Shown: in pieces, positions 23,130 to 23,256 of the stretch
Layout of the letters: every line of letters begins with the position of its first letter
Position numbering within the stretch: the first letter of the stretch is position 1
From: Corallococcus exercitus
Lineage (GTDB): Bacteria; Myxococcota; Myxococcia; Myxococcales; Myxococcaceae
DNA: 23,256 bases
Assembly (NCBI RefSeq): GCF_013116615.1
Contig: NZ_JABFJW010000124.1
Direction: 5' to 3' (one strand)
Position numbers and translations under genes: made by a program
Notes under the pieces: generated by a model
What the model was told of the DNA's origin: nothing
Databases searched by the model: none
The model's input: the letters and a program-made list of their open reading frames with translations, nothing else

Positions 23130-23256
23130 ATGCGACCGCTCCTCGCCGCCGCCCTGCTCCTGACCGCCGCCGCGCACGCCCAGGCCCCGTCGGCCCCGGC
23201 CGCCGCGCCCAAGGCCTCCCCGAAGCCAGAGAAGGCCCCCGCGGACAGGGCCGCCC
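23130..23256 (+). CDS. 5' part of a gene for a secreted protein (signal peptide plus Ala/Pro/Lys-rich region); continues beyond the window
   Basis: ATG at 23130 with AGGCCC upstream. MRPLLAAALLLTAAAHA|QAPSAPAAAPKASPKPEKAPADRAA… has a clear signal peptide with an AxA cleavage site. It is truncated by the window end. Confidence 0.4.
   Translation, partial: MRPLLAAALLLTAAAHAQAPSAPAAAPKASPKPEKAPADRAA

Noticed and set aside
1-23256. Search for tRNA/rRNA genes, CRISPR repeats, IS elements, integrases, phage genes and terminal inverted repeats.
   Set aside because: No cloverleaf-capable segments with conserved T-loop/anticodon features and no rRNA-like conserved blocks. No regularly spaced direct repeats. 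No ORF with transposase (DDE), integrase or recombinase motifs. The window looks like core chromosome with a few accessory-type genes, not a mobile element.

Overview
This is a 23.3 kb window of very high-GC (about 70%) bacterial chromosome. The codon usage, the presence of a major vault protein homolog and the overall gene content suggest a myxobacterial (Myxococcales) genome; that placement is inference. I call about 25 protein-coding genes on both strands. I found no rRNA, tRNA, CRISPR array, transposase or integrase. The many long ORFs in the six-frame track that lie opposite or out of frame with the called genes are GC-driven shadow ORFs.

Most of the window is housekeeping and periplasmic: an aromatic amino-acid hydroxylase with a roughly 250-aa C-terminal extension; a PBP4-type DD-carboxypeptidase that looks co-transcribed with a secreted S9A prolyl oligopeptidase and ends at a strong terminator; a DSD1-family PLP enzyme; YdeI-like, RDD and SpoIIM-like (DUF95) membrane proteins; a J-domain protein with a zinc ribbon; and a LuxR regulator.

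The parts worth a second look are:
1. A full-length bacterial major vault protein (4810..7095, minus strand) with a divergent small secreted cysteine-rich peptide gene and a long inverted repeat in the shared upstream region.
2. A two-domain Macro + nucleoside-2-deoxyribosyltransferase-like protein (14516..15511, minus strand) transcribed divergently from a tandem cNMP-binding protein, whose promoter carries a perfect CRP-type palindrome TGTGA-N6-TCACA.
3. A signal-peptide-less LysM + GH46-like glycanase + C39-like cysteine peptidase protein, paired divergently with a secreted protein of unknown function that could be an immunity partner.
4. An RdgC-like recombination gene split into two overlapping ORFs.
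5. An orphan MbtH-like gene next to an atypical-receiver LuxR regulator and a 485-bp coding-free, lower-GC intergenic region.
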